Shown here piece by piece: positions 43,401 through 51,110 of a stretch of 64,000 nucleotides of DNA (position 1 is the first letter of the stretch; each line of letters starts with the position of its first letter). The position numbers and the translations under genes were made by a program. The stretch is from Lama guanicoe (lineage: Eukaryota). The stretch is from NCBI GenBank assembly GCA_013239625.1, contig MU053164.1:24734-88733 (forward strand), in the 5' to 3' direction. The notes under the pieces were generated by a model that saw only the letters and a list, made by a program, of their open reading frames with translations, ran no database searches and had not been told where the DNA came from.

Positions 43401-46400
43401 GTGGAGCAGAGTGTAAGCTCTCAGGATGAAACTGGGTATCTTTGTGGCTGAGGCTTGAAAGGTTCTCACCCAGAGACAGAATACACAAAATAAATGAATA
43501 ACACCCCTGAGTCTTACTCTCCCCCTCTGTAAGACAGTCCTCGCTCCGCACGTACCGTATAAGCTGACACTCCTGCATCTCTGAACTGTGTTTCTGTCTG
43601 CATAGTTCCCCATGAAAAGTGAAGAAAGGTTGCCCTGTCTACAAGTTTTCCACAAAATGTCTTGATTAAAGAGCACTTTTGTCTGTCTTTAGGCTATTAG
43701 ACCAGCTCCCAAGAGCCAACGTTATTCTGCTAAAGCATCTTTTTGGGTTATTGCACAAGATTGAACAACACAATTCATCGAATCAGATGAATGCATTTAA
43801 CTTAGCGGTGTGCATCGCTCCAAGCGTCCTTTGGCCTCCTGCTTCCTCCAGCCCTGAACTAGAAAGTGAATTTACAAAAAAGGTAATGAAGTTTTTCATT
43901 TTTCTGCCCTGGGGGACTGAGTCCCCATTTTGAACCTAAAGTCTGGGGTATTAATTCTGAAAGACATGTTCTTAAGTACATCTTCTTATAAGTCTGAGTT
44001 CATCGACAGTTCTGTCCTCTCCTGGTAGACTGCAGAAAGGTGATTTCTTAAGTAAAGAAAGTGACAGTAATTGGGTTACTTCTGTTTTCCCTTTAAGGGG
44101 GCAAACAGCTATGACTGACTGAAACCATAGAGGAATAAGAGCAGATGATAAGATTTTAAAAAGAAACAAAATACTTTGAAATTAAACAGGTGCAGGTGGA
44201 AATCTCAGCCCTCCCCACTTGCCAGATGTACAATCTAGGGCAGAATTAGTTACACTGATCCACAGTTTCCTCACCTAACACAGTGGAGGTGGGGATGGTA
44301 CCTCGCTCAGTCAGTACTTACTTGAAATCACACTCCTGCAGTACCTGGTGGTTAGTACAGGGACGGGGTACTGATTCCTCTTCCTCCCAATGTTCTGCCT
44401 GTTCCTTTGCCTCAGCTATTGGGGCAAGAAGACTATGGAAATGTTCCAGTTTATCTCAGTGGAGGCACAGCTCTCCCCAGTGAGCTCTTCTCCAAGCATC
44501 TCCAGTTCTGGCTCCTCAGGGAGGGAAGTGCATGGGAAGAGGCTGGTCAGGCAAAATGTATGCTTTTCTCTCCAGCTGTCTCTCTCCTTCACAGTAAATC
44601 CACAGAGGATGCCCACCTCCCACACTTACGACACCTGCCTTTTACATAAGAAACATATTTTATAAGTCTTTATCTAATGATGCTTCATGAATTTTAATAA
44701 GAAAGTATATTTCTTCATCCCAAATGCCCTGTACAGAGAATACTTAAAATTACCCTAATTTGAAAGACAGGACCGTTAGTATAAAAATGTTAGCATTAAG
44801 CCAAGGCCACAAATAATAACTTTAAGCCACTGGTTAAAATCAATTTCTATACTCAAACCACTCTTGAAAGTATCATGTTTTTTTTAGGGGAAACAGTTCT
44901 GTTTAGTTTTCAAGGAGAAAAGAACTTTGAATTTCTCTCAGGATTCTTTCACTTTTTTTTTTTTTCGGTTTGAACCAGGATTCATACAGGAAGTGTGATT
45001 TATAGGTGCGCTATGTGAAAAGTAGCCCTTCATTTTTGCTCCTTTTTTGTACAGGTTTCTCTGCTTATACAATTTCTGATTGAAAACTGCTGTAGAATAT
45101 TTGGAGAAGAAATCACTTCCCTTCTGGAAGAGGTTTCAGTGACATGTGATACAAAAGAGAATGCCTCAGGTACTGTGAATAATGGGGTTGTTTTTGTGTG
45201 TGAGAAATAGCCACACACGTGAAGGTCAGCGAGGGCACCGGTTACCCTCAGCCCAGAGCAGCTCGGGCGAAGGGGCCTCTCGCCTGGGTCAGGGGCNNNN
45301 NNNNNNNNNNNNNNNNNNNNNNNNAGGTTCCCAAAAGACATTGTTAGTGGCAGAATTTTAACTTTTTTTTTTAAATAAACCTTACAAGGATATACAGTAG
45401 AACAATTAACAGACTTACAATATAATATATTGTTATAACATATTATATTGNNNNNNNNNNNNNNNNNNNNNNNNNNNNNNNNNNNNNNNNNNNNNNNNNN
45501 NNNNNNNNNNNNNNNNNNNNNNNNNNNNNNNNNNNNNNNNNNNNNNNNNNNNNNNNNNNNNNNNNNNNNNNNNNNNNNNNNNNNNNNNNNNNNNNNNNNN
45601 NNNNNNNNNNNNNNNNNNNNNNNNNNNNNNNNNNNNNNNNNNNNNNNNNNNNNNNNNNNNNNNNNNNNNNNAAACAGCTAGCGGGGCAGGGCAGGGTGTG
45701 TGGGGCTTGAAGACATTCAGCCTTCCAGAATATGAATGCCTGCACCACCAATTCTTGGTTATCTTTGAACAATTATTCTGTGCCACCATAACATAAGTAT
45801 CTTCTCCTCTCCTGTNNNNNNNNNNNNNNNNNNNNNNNNNNNNNNNNNNNNNNNNNNNNNNNNNNNNNNNNNNNNNNNNNNNNNNNNNNNNNNNNNNNNN
45901 NNNNNNNNNNNNNNNNNNNNNNNNNNNNNNNNNNNNNNNNNNNNNNNNNNNNNNNNNNNNNNNNNNNNNNNNNNNNNNNNNNNNNNNNNNNNNNNNNNNN
46001 NNNNNNNNNNNNNNNNNNNNNNNNNNNNNNNNNNNNNNNNNNNNNNNNNNNNNNNNNNNNNNNNNNNNNNNNNNNNNNNNNNNNNNNNNNNNNNNNNNNN
46101 NNNNNNNNNNNNNNNNNNNNNNNNNNNNNNNNNNNNNNNNNNNNNNNNNNNNNNNNNNNNNNNNNNNNNNNNNNNNNNNNNNNNNNNNNNNNNNNNNNNN
46201 NNNNNNNNGTTTTTTTTAAGGCAGCATGTATTTGAGGCAAGTGCAAATGTTAATCATGGTTTGATTTTTTTGGCAGATATCTCCTGCTTCCAGCTGAATG
46301 ACTCCTCCTATGACAGCCTGGAAAGTGAGCTGAATGAAGAAGTCGATGCTCCATGCAGTGACTTAGTAAAGAAACTCAGTCCAGGCAGCAGAAGCATGGA

Positions 46401-47880
46401 CTCCGTGTTAACCCACATTGACTCTGACCTCGAGCAGCCTGAGGCAGAAGGCGTTTTAACCTTGAGTGAGTTTGACTTAGACCATCCTAAAGATGAAGAT
46501 GTCCATGTGGAACAGCCCGGTGAGCCCGCGCCAGTGGCCATGGCAGCAGTGCACAGAAAGGCCTCACTGCAGGACCAGGCCAGTGCCCCCTCTGACACAA
46601 GCACCCCCAGCTACCTGTCCGCAGCTACAGAAGATGCTCCAAAAACCCCGATGCAACAGCGACACTGCTCGGAGCCCAGCATCGGCTACCTGGGTTCAAA
46701 GCTTTCCTTTCTTATGGCGTTTTATCAGAAAAGGATACGCAGGTCCAGCTATGATGCGATTCTCCTGAAAAAAGATGAGAACCATCTGAGTCAGAATCCA
46801 CCCCTCCAGGAAGAGGGTAAGACAGGTTTTAAAACGAGTTTAGTCACAGATACTGATGTCAAGAAAAATGCCACTGATAAAAATCATAAGGAGAAAAGCT
46901 TTTGTGATAGCGAAGGAAATCATGTAAAGCTTTTTCCTAAATCCAAGCCAGGGACCATTTCTTACAGCCGCCTGTCCTCACACGATCGTCCCAGGAACCA
47001 GCCCTTCACTGCGGACATGGCTGGGTACTCCCCACCACGCACAGCAGAGCCCTTCAAGGGCTCAAGGAGGCAGCGGCGCTGCTCAGAGCCCAGCACTGAT
47101 GACCAGCACTGCAAACTGACCTATCTCAGGGGACTTTATTCAAAAAAGCAGCAGCACAACGCGAGCTGTGACACCAGTCTCTTGCCCGGAGAGGAGGATA
47201 ATCTCAAGAGGCACAAGTCTTTGCAGATGGAGGGGCAAAAGCTTATCAGTCAGAGCTTGGTCATGGGGATCGAGGTTGGCAAGAGTGGTGCCGCAAACCA
47301 GAACACTGAGAAGGTCTTCCCCTCAACATTAAACATTTGCCCGAGGAGTAGCTGTTCCAGCTTGTCCTCCCCGGACACGTCCCCATCTGGCTCGCCAGTG
47401 AGCTCCCAAGACAGCGCTTTTCCTCAGATTTCTGAACAGTCGGTGTTTACACCCACTGAAACATCCTCTCCAGTAGATTGCACTTTTCAAGCTCAAGGAA
47501 AACAGGAAGAGCTTTCTTCTGACTTTAGCAGTTCCAGCCTCATTTCTGGAATTCCCAGTCCCTCATCAGGGCAGGCCAGCAGCCACCTGGCTCATACAAA
47601 AAAGGACAGCCTAGAGGGGCATACACAAATGCGTTCTATAACTCTTCACCCCAGCACATGGTTGAGAAATGGTATAGCCAGTTTGAAAAATTGGTCCCTC
47701 AAAAAGAAGGCAAGGGTACCGAGACCAGAAAACAATAAAACAGGTTCTCTAAAAGGACCCATGGAGCCACCTCCATTTGCTTCTGGCATTCCAGAAGCCA
47801 GCACACTGCAAGAGAGACAGACAGACATTCCCCAAAGGGCAACTGAAGGACTTGGAGCTGTGCAAACAGCCCAGTGCTGA
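7270..47880 (+). CDS. ARHGAP20: Rho GTPase-activating protein 20 (PH-RA-RhoGAP); 5'-partial spliced CDS, 13 exons in the window, C-terminus shortened by 81 aa
   Basis: Exons 7270-7431, 14383-14529, 21401-21442, 22344-22428, 25298-25375, 27534-27600, 30493-30681, 37664-37839, 39219-39380, 40945-41054, 43693-43882, 45055-45169, 46277-47880. All are AG/GT bounded and phase-compatible, joining into one open frame (3127 nt) collinear with recalled human ARHGAP20. Orthologue versus paralogue cannot be settled from this window. Confidence 0.93.
8612..9130 (-). mobile_element. MaLR (MLT1-type) solo LTR
   Basis: caacaaattatcccaaaac, gtggcttagctgg..ctggctcagaggctctcatgaggttgcagtc, ttttggaggccgggtaccaca. 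Confidence 0.7.
9605..12610 (+). mobile_element. L1 5' portion: 5' UTR, degenerate ORF1 and start of ORF2 endonuclease; 3'-truncated
   Basis: L1 5' start motif (gagctcacctacccccagg..ctacatgtggagcaattctcact), A-rich ORF1 relic, and the peptide [16 protein letters not shown]...[14 protein letters not shown] (12181-12420). Confidence 0.88.
11616..11708 (+). mobile_element. 93-bp 5'-truncated L1 3' end nested in the older L1
   Basis: tgtgctgtacaccagaaattgacacattgtaactgactgtacttcaa L1 terminus, flanked by 14-bp TSD GAAGTAACAAGTTA (11602-11615 and 11709-11722). Confidence 0.85.
14383..14529 (+). CDS. ARHGAP20: ARHGAP20 exon (PH domain), [20 protein letters not shown]...[11 protein letters not shown]
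   Basis: ctttctag|A acceptor, AG|gtgaga donor; strong peptide match. Confidence 0.93.
15790..16280 (+). mobile_element. L1MC-like 3' end fragment
   Basis: ctcaaaactgtcaaggtca, gagacatgataactaaatgcaatgtggtatcttggatggatcctagaacagaaaaaaggacatta, poly-A tail. Confidence 0.7.
16290..19430 (+). mobile_element. Old L1 5'/ORF1 fragment split by the TPST2 retrocopy (16290-17020 and 19163-19430)
   Basis: atgttggaattaccataaaagaacttta|aagcagctcttatgactatgctc is continuous across the insertion and resembles L1M ORF1. Confidence 0.6.
17021..19150 (+). pseudogene. TPST2: Processed pseudogene of tyrosylprotein sulfotransferase 2
   Basis: Intronless MRLSVRR...[12 protein letters not shown]...[10 protein letters not shown] (17680-18645). 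Premature TAA at 18175-18177, a 56-codon in-frame deletion, and the native stop changed to CGA. A-rich tail about 19140-19150; 12-bp TSD AAAAGAACTTTA at 17009-17020 and 19151-19162. Confidence 0.96.
21401..21442 (+). CDS. ARHGAP20: ARHGAP20 42-nt exon, [14 protein letters not shown]
   Basis: ttcattgcag|T acceptor, AG|gtattt donor; matches human [14 protein letters not shown]. Confidence 0.9.
22344..22428 (+). CDS. ARHGAP20: ARHGAP20 exon, [28 protein letters not shown]
   Basis: gattag|A acceptor, TGT|gtaagt donor; peptide match. Confidence 0.92.
25298..25375 (+). CDS. ARHGAP20: ARHGAP20 exon (RA domain), [26 protein letters not shown]
   Basis: Long polypyrimidine tract with cctacag|T acceptor, ACT|gtaagt donor. 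Confidence 0.92.
27534..27600 (+). CDS. ARHGAP20: ARHGAP20 exon (RA domain), [23 protein letters not shown]
   Basis: ctccaag|G acceptor, G|gtaagt donor; matches human [15 protein letters not shown]. Confidence 0.92.
28616..29132 (-). mobile_element. Young 5'-truncated L1 (3' end)
   Basis: Poly-T start, L1 3' UTR/ORF2-end motifs (gcatccatgttgctgcaaatggcatta, gagtagtattccattgt), and 14-bp TSD CCAGTTTATTTCTT (28602-28615 and 29133-29146). Confidence 0.92.
30493..30681 (+). CDS. ARHGAP20: ARHGAP20 exon (end of RA domain), [14 protein letters not shown]...[18 protein letters not shown]
   Basis: gtgtag|GA acceptor, G|gtgagt donor; peptide match. Confidence 0.93.
32302..33070 (-). mobile_element. 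hAT (Charlie1-like) DNA transposon fragment with transposase C-terminal relic
   Basis: Minus-strand peptide [26 protein letters not shown] (hAT dimerisation motif); end resembles the Charlie1/MER58 terminus (cagggctc..actttttctgtaaagggccagg). Confidence 0.8.
33080..34608 (-). mobile_element. Rearranged L1 fragments: ORF2 3' part (-), inverted ORF2 piece (+, about 33820-34025) and an L1 5' end (-)
   Basis: ataaatacccagcagtggaattgctg and gcagaagctttttagtttgatgta (minus); tttatatggaatcacaaaagacctagaattgcc (plus); ggaggtgagttcagggtctccctatgtcaccatcttg is the reverse complement of an L1 5' start. Confidence 0.75.
37215..37330. repeat. Polypyrimidine (CCT/CT-rich) low-complexity tract
   Basis: Directly visible C/T-rich run including cctcctcctcctcctc. 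Confidence 0.85.
37664..37839 (+). CDS. ARHGAP20: ARHGAP20 exon, [21 protein letters not shown]...[12 protein letters not shown]
   Basis: ccttag|AT acceptor, TTG|gtaagt donor; peptide match. Confidence 0.93.
39039..39057. repeat. (AC)n microsatellite
   Basis: Directly visible dinucleotide run. Confidence 0.85.
39219..39380 (+). CDS. ARHGAP20: ARHGAP20 exon (RhoGAP domain with intact arginine finger GIFR, AGA at 39270-39272)
   Basis: ccccatag|G acceptor, AAG|gtggga donor; [22 protein letters not shown]...VIASVLK. Confidence 0.95.
40945..41054 (+). CDS. ARHGAP20: ARHGAP20 exon (RhoGAP), [19 protein letters not shown]...EEKINAVQR
   Basis: gtaag|GAT acceptor, AG|gtaatt donor; K-DFLR RhoGAP motif across the junction. 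Confidence 0.93.
42552..43191 (-). mobile_element. ERV1-class solo LTR (640 bp)
   Basis: TG...CA termini (TGATAC...GTCTCA), 4-bp TSD GTTG at 42548-42551 and 43192-43195, and ERV1 LTR-like motif gggaaagaattcaagagcaagcc. Confidence 0.85.
43693..43882 (+). CDS. ARHGAP20: ARHGAP20 exon (RhoGAP), LLDQLPRAN...[19 protein letters not shown]...EFTKK
   Basis: ctttag|G acceptor, AAG|gtaatg donor; RhoGAP NxMxxxNLAxxxxP motif. Confidence 0.95.
45055..45169 (+). CDS. ARHGAP20: ARHGAP20 exon (end of RhoGAP), [24 protein letters not shown]...ENAS
   Basis: ttttgtacag|G acceptor, G|gtactg donor. Confidence 0.93.
46277..47880 (+). CDS. ARHGAP20: ARHGAP20 terminal coding exon (Ser-rich tail), ending early at ...VQTAQC-TGA
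   Basis: ttggcag|AT acceptor; lies within ORF 46261-47880; matches human [16 protein letters not shown]...[16 protein letters not shown]. Confidence 0.93.
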
Positions 47881-48633
47881 TGCTGAGGACACGCATTCAA
47901 CCAAAGACATTTAACCACAATCAGAATCTAATATCTGCAAGGACAGAAACCGGGCTAATAACATAAAGATAATAATTATTATGACCCCTGTGTATAGAAT
48001 AACCAAGACAGGTAGCATCAAGGTTATCACTGCTGATACTTAGGACAAAAAAAGAATCCTCTTTATTGAGACTATTTGGCAAAAAGTTGAGACTAAAAGA
48101 TTTTATCACCTGTTTGGGAGGACAGACATTCCCCAAAGGGCAGCTGAAGGACTTGGAGCTGTGCAAACAGCCCAGTGCTGCAGTCCTTACCCCAGCCAGG
48201 ACTCGGAGAAGGATGGTAGCTCTCCATCCAGCCTGGCGGGAGATGGACTTGAGCTTTGTATGAAGTCCCCTGAGGAAGGAGAGAAGGATGAGCAGTGTTC
48301 TGGTACTCTGCCTCTAGAAGGATCCTCACCCAGCTCTTTGACAGTGGATGACATGTCCAGCCCAGACTCAGGGCCAACAGTGGTTTCTGATGCTGAGGAC
48401 ACGCATGTAACCAAAGACATTTAACCACAATCAGAATCTAATATTTGCAAGGACAGAAACCGGGCTACTAATAACATAAAGATAATAATTACTATGACCC
48501 CTGTGTATAGAATAACCGAGACAGGTAGCATCGGGGTTATCACTGCTGATACTTAGGACAAAAAAAGAATCCTCTTTATTGAGACTATTTGGCAAAAAGT
48601 TGAGACTAAAAGATTTTATCACCTGTTTGGGAG
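47820..48633 (+). repeat. Tandem duplication of the ARHGAP20 stop-codon region (copy 1 47820-48120, copy 2 48121-48633)
   Basis: Both copies start gacagacattccccaaagggc and end atcacctgtttgggag. Copy 1 lacks the segment equivalent to 48181-48389; the copies also differ by 8 substitutions and a 3-nt indel. Confidence 0.95.
48179..48424 (+). pseudogene. ARHGAP20: Stranded ancestral ARHGAP20 C-terminal coding segment (CSPYPSQDSEK...DAEDTHVTKDI-stop), now downstream of the stop codon
   Basis: ORF 48161-48424 aligns to the recalled human C-terminus CSSSPFQDSE...SPDSGPTVVCDIEDRYLTKDI. Confidence 0.85.
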
Positions 48634-49458
48634 GCTTTTCCTTATTAGAGCATGGATTGATCCTGTCATGCATTTTAAGAGATCCGAGCAGAGGGCTAAA
48701 GAAGCATCATCTTCTCTAGAGGAAACATGCCTTAGATGACACTAAGAAGGCAAGGATATCAAAAGTGAAGAATAAAAACCATGGACAGAGTGGGAAGTCT
48801 GCAAAGAAACCATCCGCATTCCATGAAATGTTTTTAATAAGTAAGCAAGAAAAATACCACCAATCAAAGCATTAAGAAGGAAAGCATGTCAGATGATCAA
48901 GGAAATCACGTCAGACTTTTCCCTGAAACCAAGCGAGTGGCCAGTTCTGAGACATCTCATAGTCAATCACGTGCCCTCACAGAATCATTCCAGGTACCAG
49001 CCCATTAAGGCAGCTAGAGTGGAAAAAACTCGAGGGATTCGAGCCACAAGTACCAAGACATCATAGTTTTTGTTGGTCAATTTGTTTTTCCATGGGTGTT
49101 TCACTGCTCTACAGAGGCCCCCGGACATAGCTATGGGGAGAAAGAAGGAAATGGGTGCTCATTTCAGTGTTCTTTCCGGAGATGCCTGAGCCAGGAACAT
49201 TCTCCAGAAGTGCACTTTTCCCTCCTAGGAGGTGCCCTCCTGACAGCATTCGCTGTCTGGGTGAGGAGGAAGAGTCTGCAACAACAGTCATTCCTGTGTT
49301 ACATGGTCATCGTTGCCAACAGGTGATCAAAGCAGGACCCCACTTTGCGGAAATGTTTTTCTGCAGCCTTGTCTCTAGGATTAATCAGCCAAAAAAAATT
49401 GCTGATAAATTCTCCCTTTTCCGATGACCAATTCACAGCTAAGAGAGCAGTTTATAGA

Positions 49459-50034
49459 GCTGGCAGGTTATAAAGAGTCACAGAAAAGAAGAGCCACCAC
49501 AGTGGCACTCAGGCCTTCTTTCAGACAGTCCTCGACACTGGATTTTCTCACCTCCAGAACTTTTTACATCTTTTTCTCCCAAAATGATTCATGGTCTATA
49601 CCCCACTGGAATAAACCAATGGGGTATACACCACGGTGCGTGCCCCACTGGAACACACCAGTGGGGTATACACCATGGTGCGTGCCCCACTGGAATACAC
49701 CAAAGTGGTATACACCGAATGGGGTATAAACCATGGTGTATACCACATTGGTTTATTCCAGTGGAGCACACACAGTGGTGTAGACCCCATTGGTTTATTC
49801 CAGTGGGGCACACACCGTGGTGTTTACCCCATTGGTGTATTCCAGTGGGGCACACACCGTGGTGTTTACCCCATTGGTGTATTCCAGTGGGGTATAGACC
49901 ATGAATCATTTTGGGACAAAAAGATGTAAAAACTTCTGGAGGTGAGAAAATCCAGCATCGAATACTGTCTGAAAGAAGGCCTGACAGCCACTGTGGTGGC
50001 TCTTCTGTTCTGTGATTCTTTACAACCTGCCAGC
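49459..50034. repeat. 576-bp palindrome (inverted duplication) with an internal 42-bp minisatellite
   Basis: 49459-49600 is the reverse complement of 49893-50034 (11 mismatches in 142 bp, no indels). Repeat units start at 49601, 49643, 49685; inverted units end at 49892, 49850, 49808, 49766. Confidence 0.95.
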
Positions 50035-51104
50035 CCCTCTCTCTGAAAGGTTACACCTCTCCTGGATTACCTCCATTTATGATTGGGCCTTGCCAGACAG
50101 TACCATGTGACAATCAGGGATGGCTGTGCACCTTCCTTCATTTTAAACACTTACTTATTAGTAATTGCTTAGAACCCATTTGACCTCTTTAATTCAAATT
50201 CCAATAGCCCTTTCTCCCACAAACTTGTTTATTTCAAATCACCTTTCTTAGCCACCCAGAAACTTTCATGCCATATATGCGTCCCCTGTTGTCCTAAAGA
50301 TTGTATTTTTTGTTATAAAAAAAATATTTTTTCTGTAAACTAGAAGAAGTCCTTTCAGTATTAGCTTAGGTGCTACCTACCTCTCGGGGACATGGCCCTT
50401 TTTGTCCTAAGCAGTATAATAAGCCGTTAGAATTCTGTGTCCAAAGAGCTCCTTTATGACACTGGCCATCCTAGTCACAGATGTGAAGTAGATTTCACCT
50501 TATCACCAACCACTCCTATATTGAGACTCCTCCAAGTATCCCTATGCATCTCACGTGATATGATAGATGAGAGCAGCAGGGTTCCCCTCACCTTGTGGGC
50601 CCACTACTGTCAGAACTGCAATGTGTGAATGAAGCTCTATTGCTTGGAGCGTCTTTTCCAGAAACAAACTTCTTCTCTACTTAACAAAATAATAGTTCTA
50701 GCCATGTTTTGTTTTTCTTTTGTATTGGCGGGAGAAAATCATACGCCCAGTTTGAAGCAGAGAAAAGAATAGATACGCTTCTTTAATAACCATTTCTACT
50801 CTGTGTTCCCTTAGACACTCCTTACATATTTAATGTGAATACTTAATATTGCTTTAAAGTATTATATTGTATGATTTGAAGACAGACTACATGTCATTTT
50901 ATTACACTCTTGTCAGTCTATAAAATATTAGACTGATGCTTTATGTAAGATGCTTTTGAGTTTGTATAATATATCTTGACAAATTTTACTACCTTATGTT
51001 ATGTAAGAAATGTGTATTTTTGTACTTGCAGAAACTGCTAACTTTTAAAGTTGTTTGATTTTTCAAGGCACTGATAATAGATATGTATGAAGTCCATGCT
51101 ATAT

Positions 51105-51110
51105 ATTAAA
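51105..51110 (+). promoter_or_regulatory. Candidate ARHGAP20 polyadenylation signal (ATTAAA)
   Basis: ATTAAA at the end of an AU-rich, UTR-like tract with TG-rich sequence downstream. Alternative AATAAA hexamers occur at 48771 and 49610. Confidence 0.35.

Noticed and set aside
49564..49929. Mirror-image 60-106 aa repeat ORFs on both strands, and a superficially CRISPR-like repeat array
   Set aside because: By-product of a 42-bp palindromic minisatellite; there are no unique spacers or cas genes, and the context is mammalian
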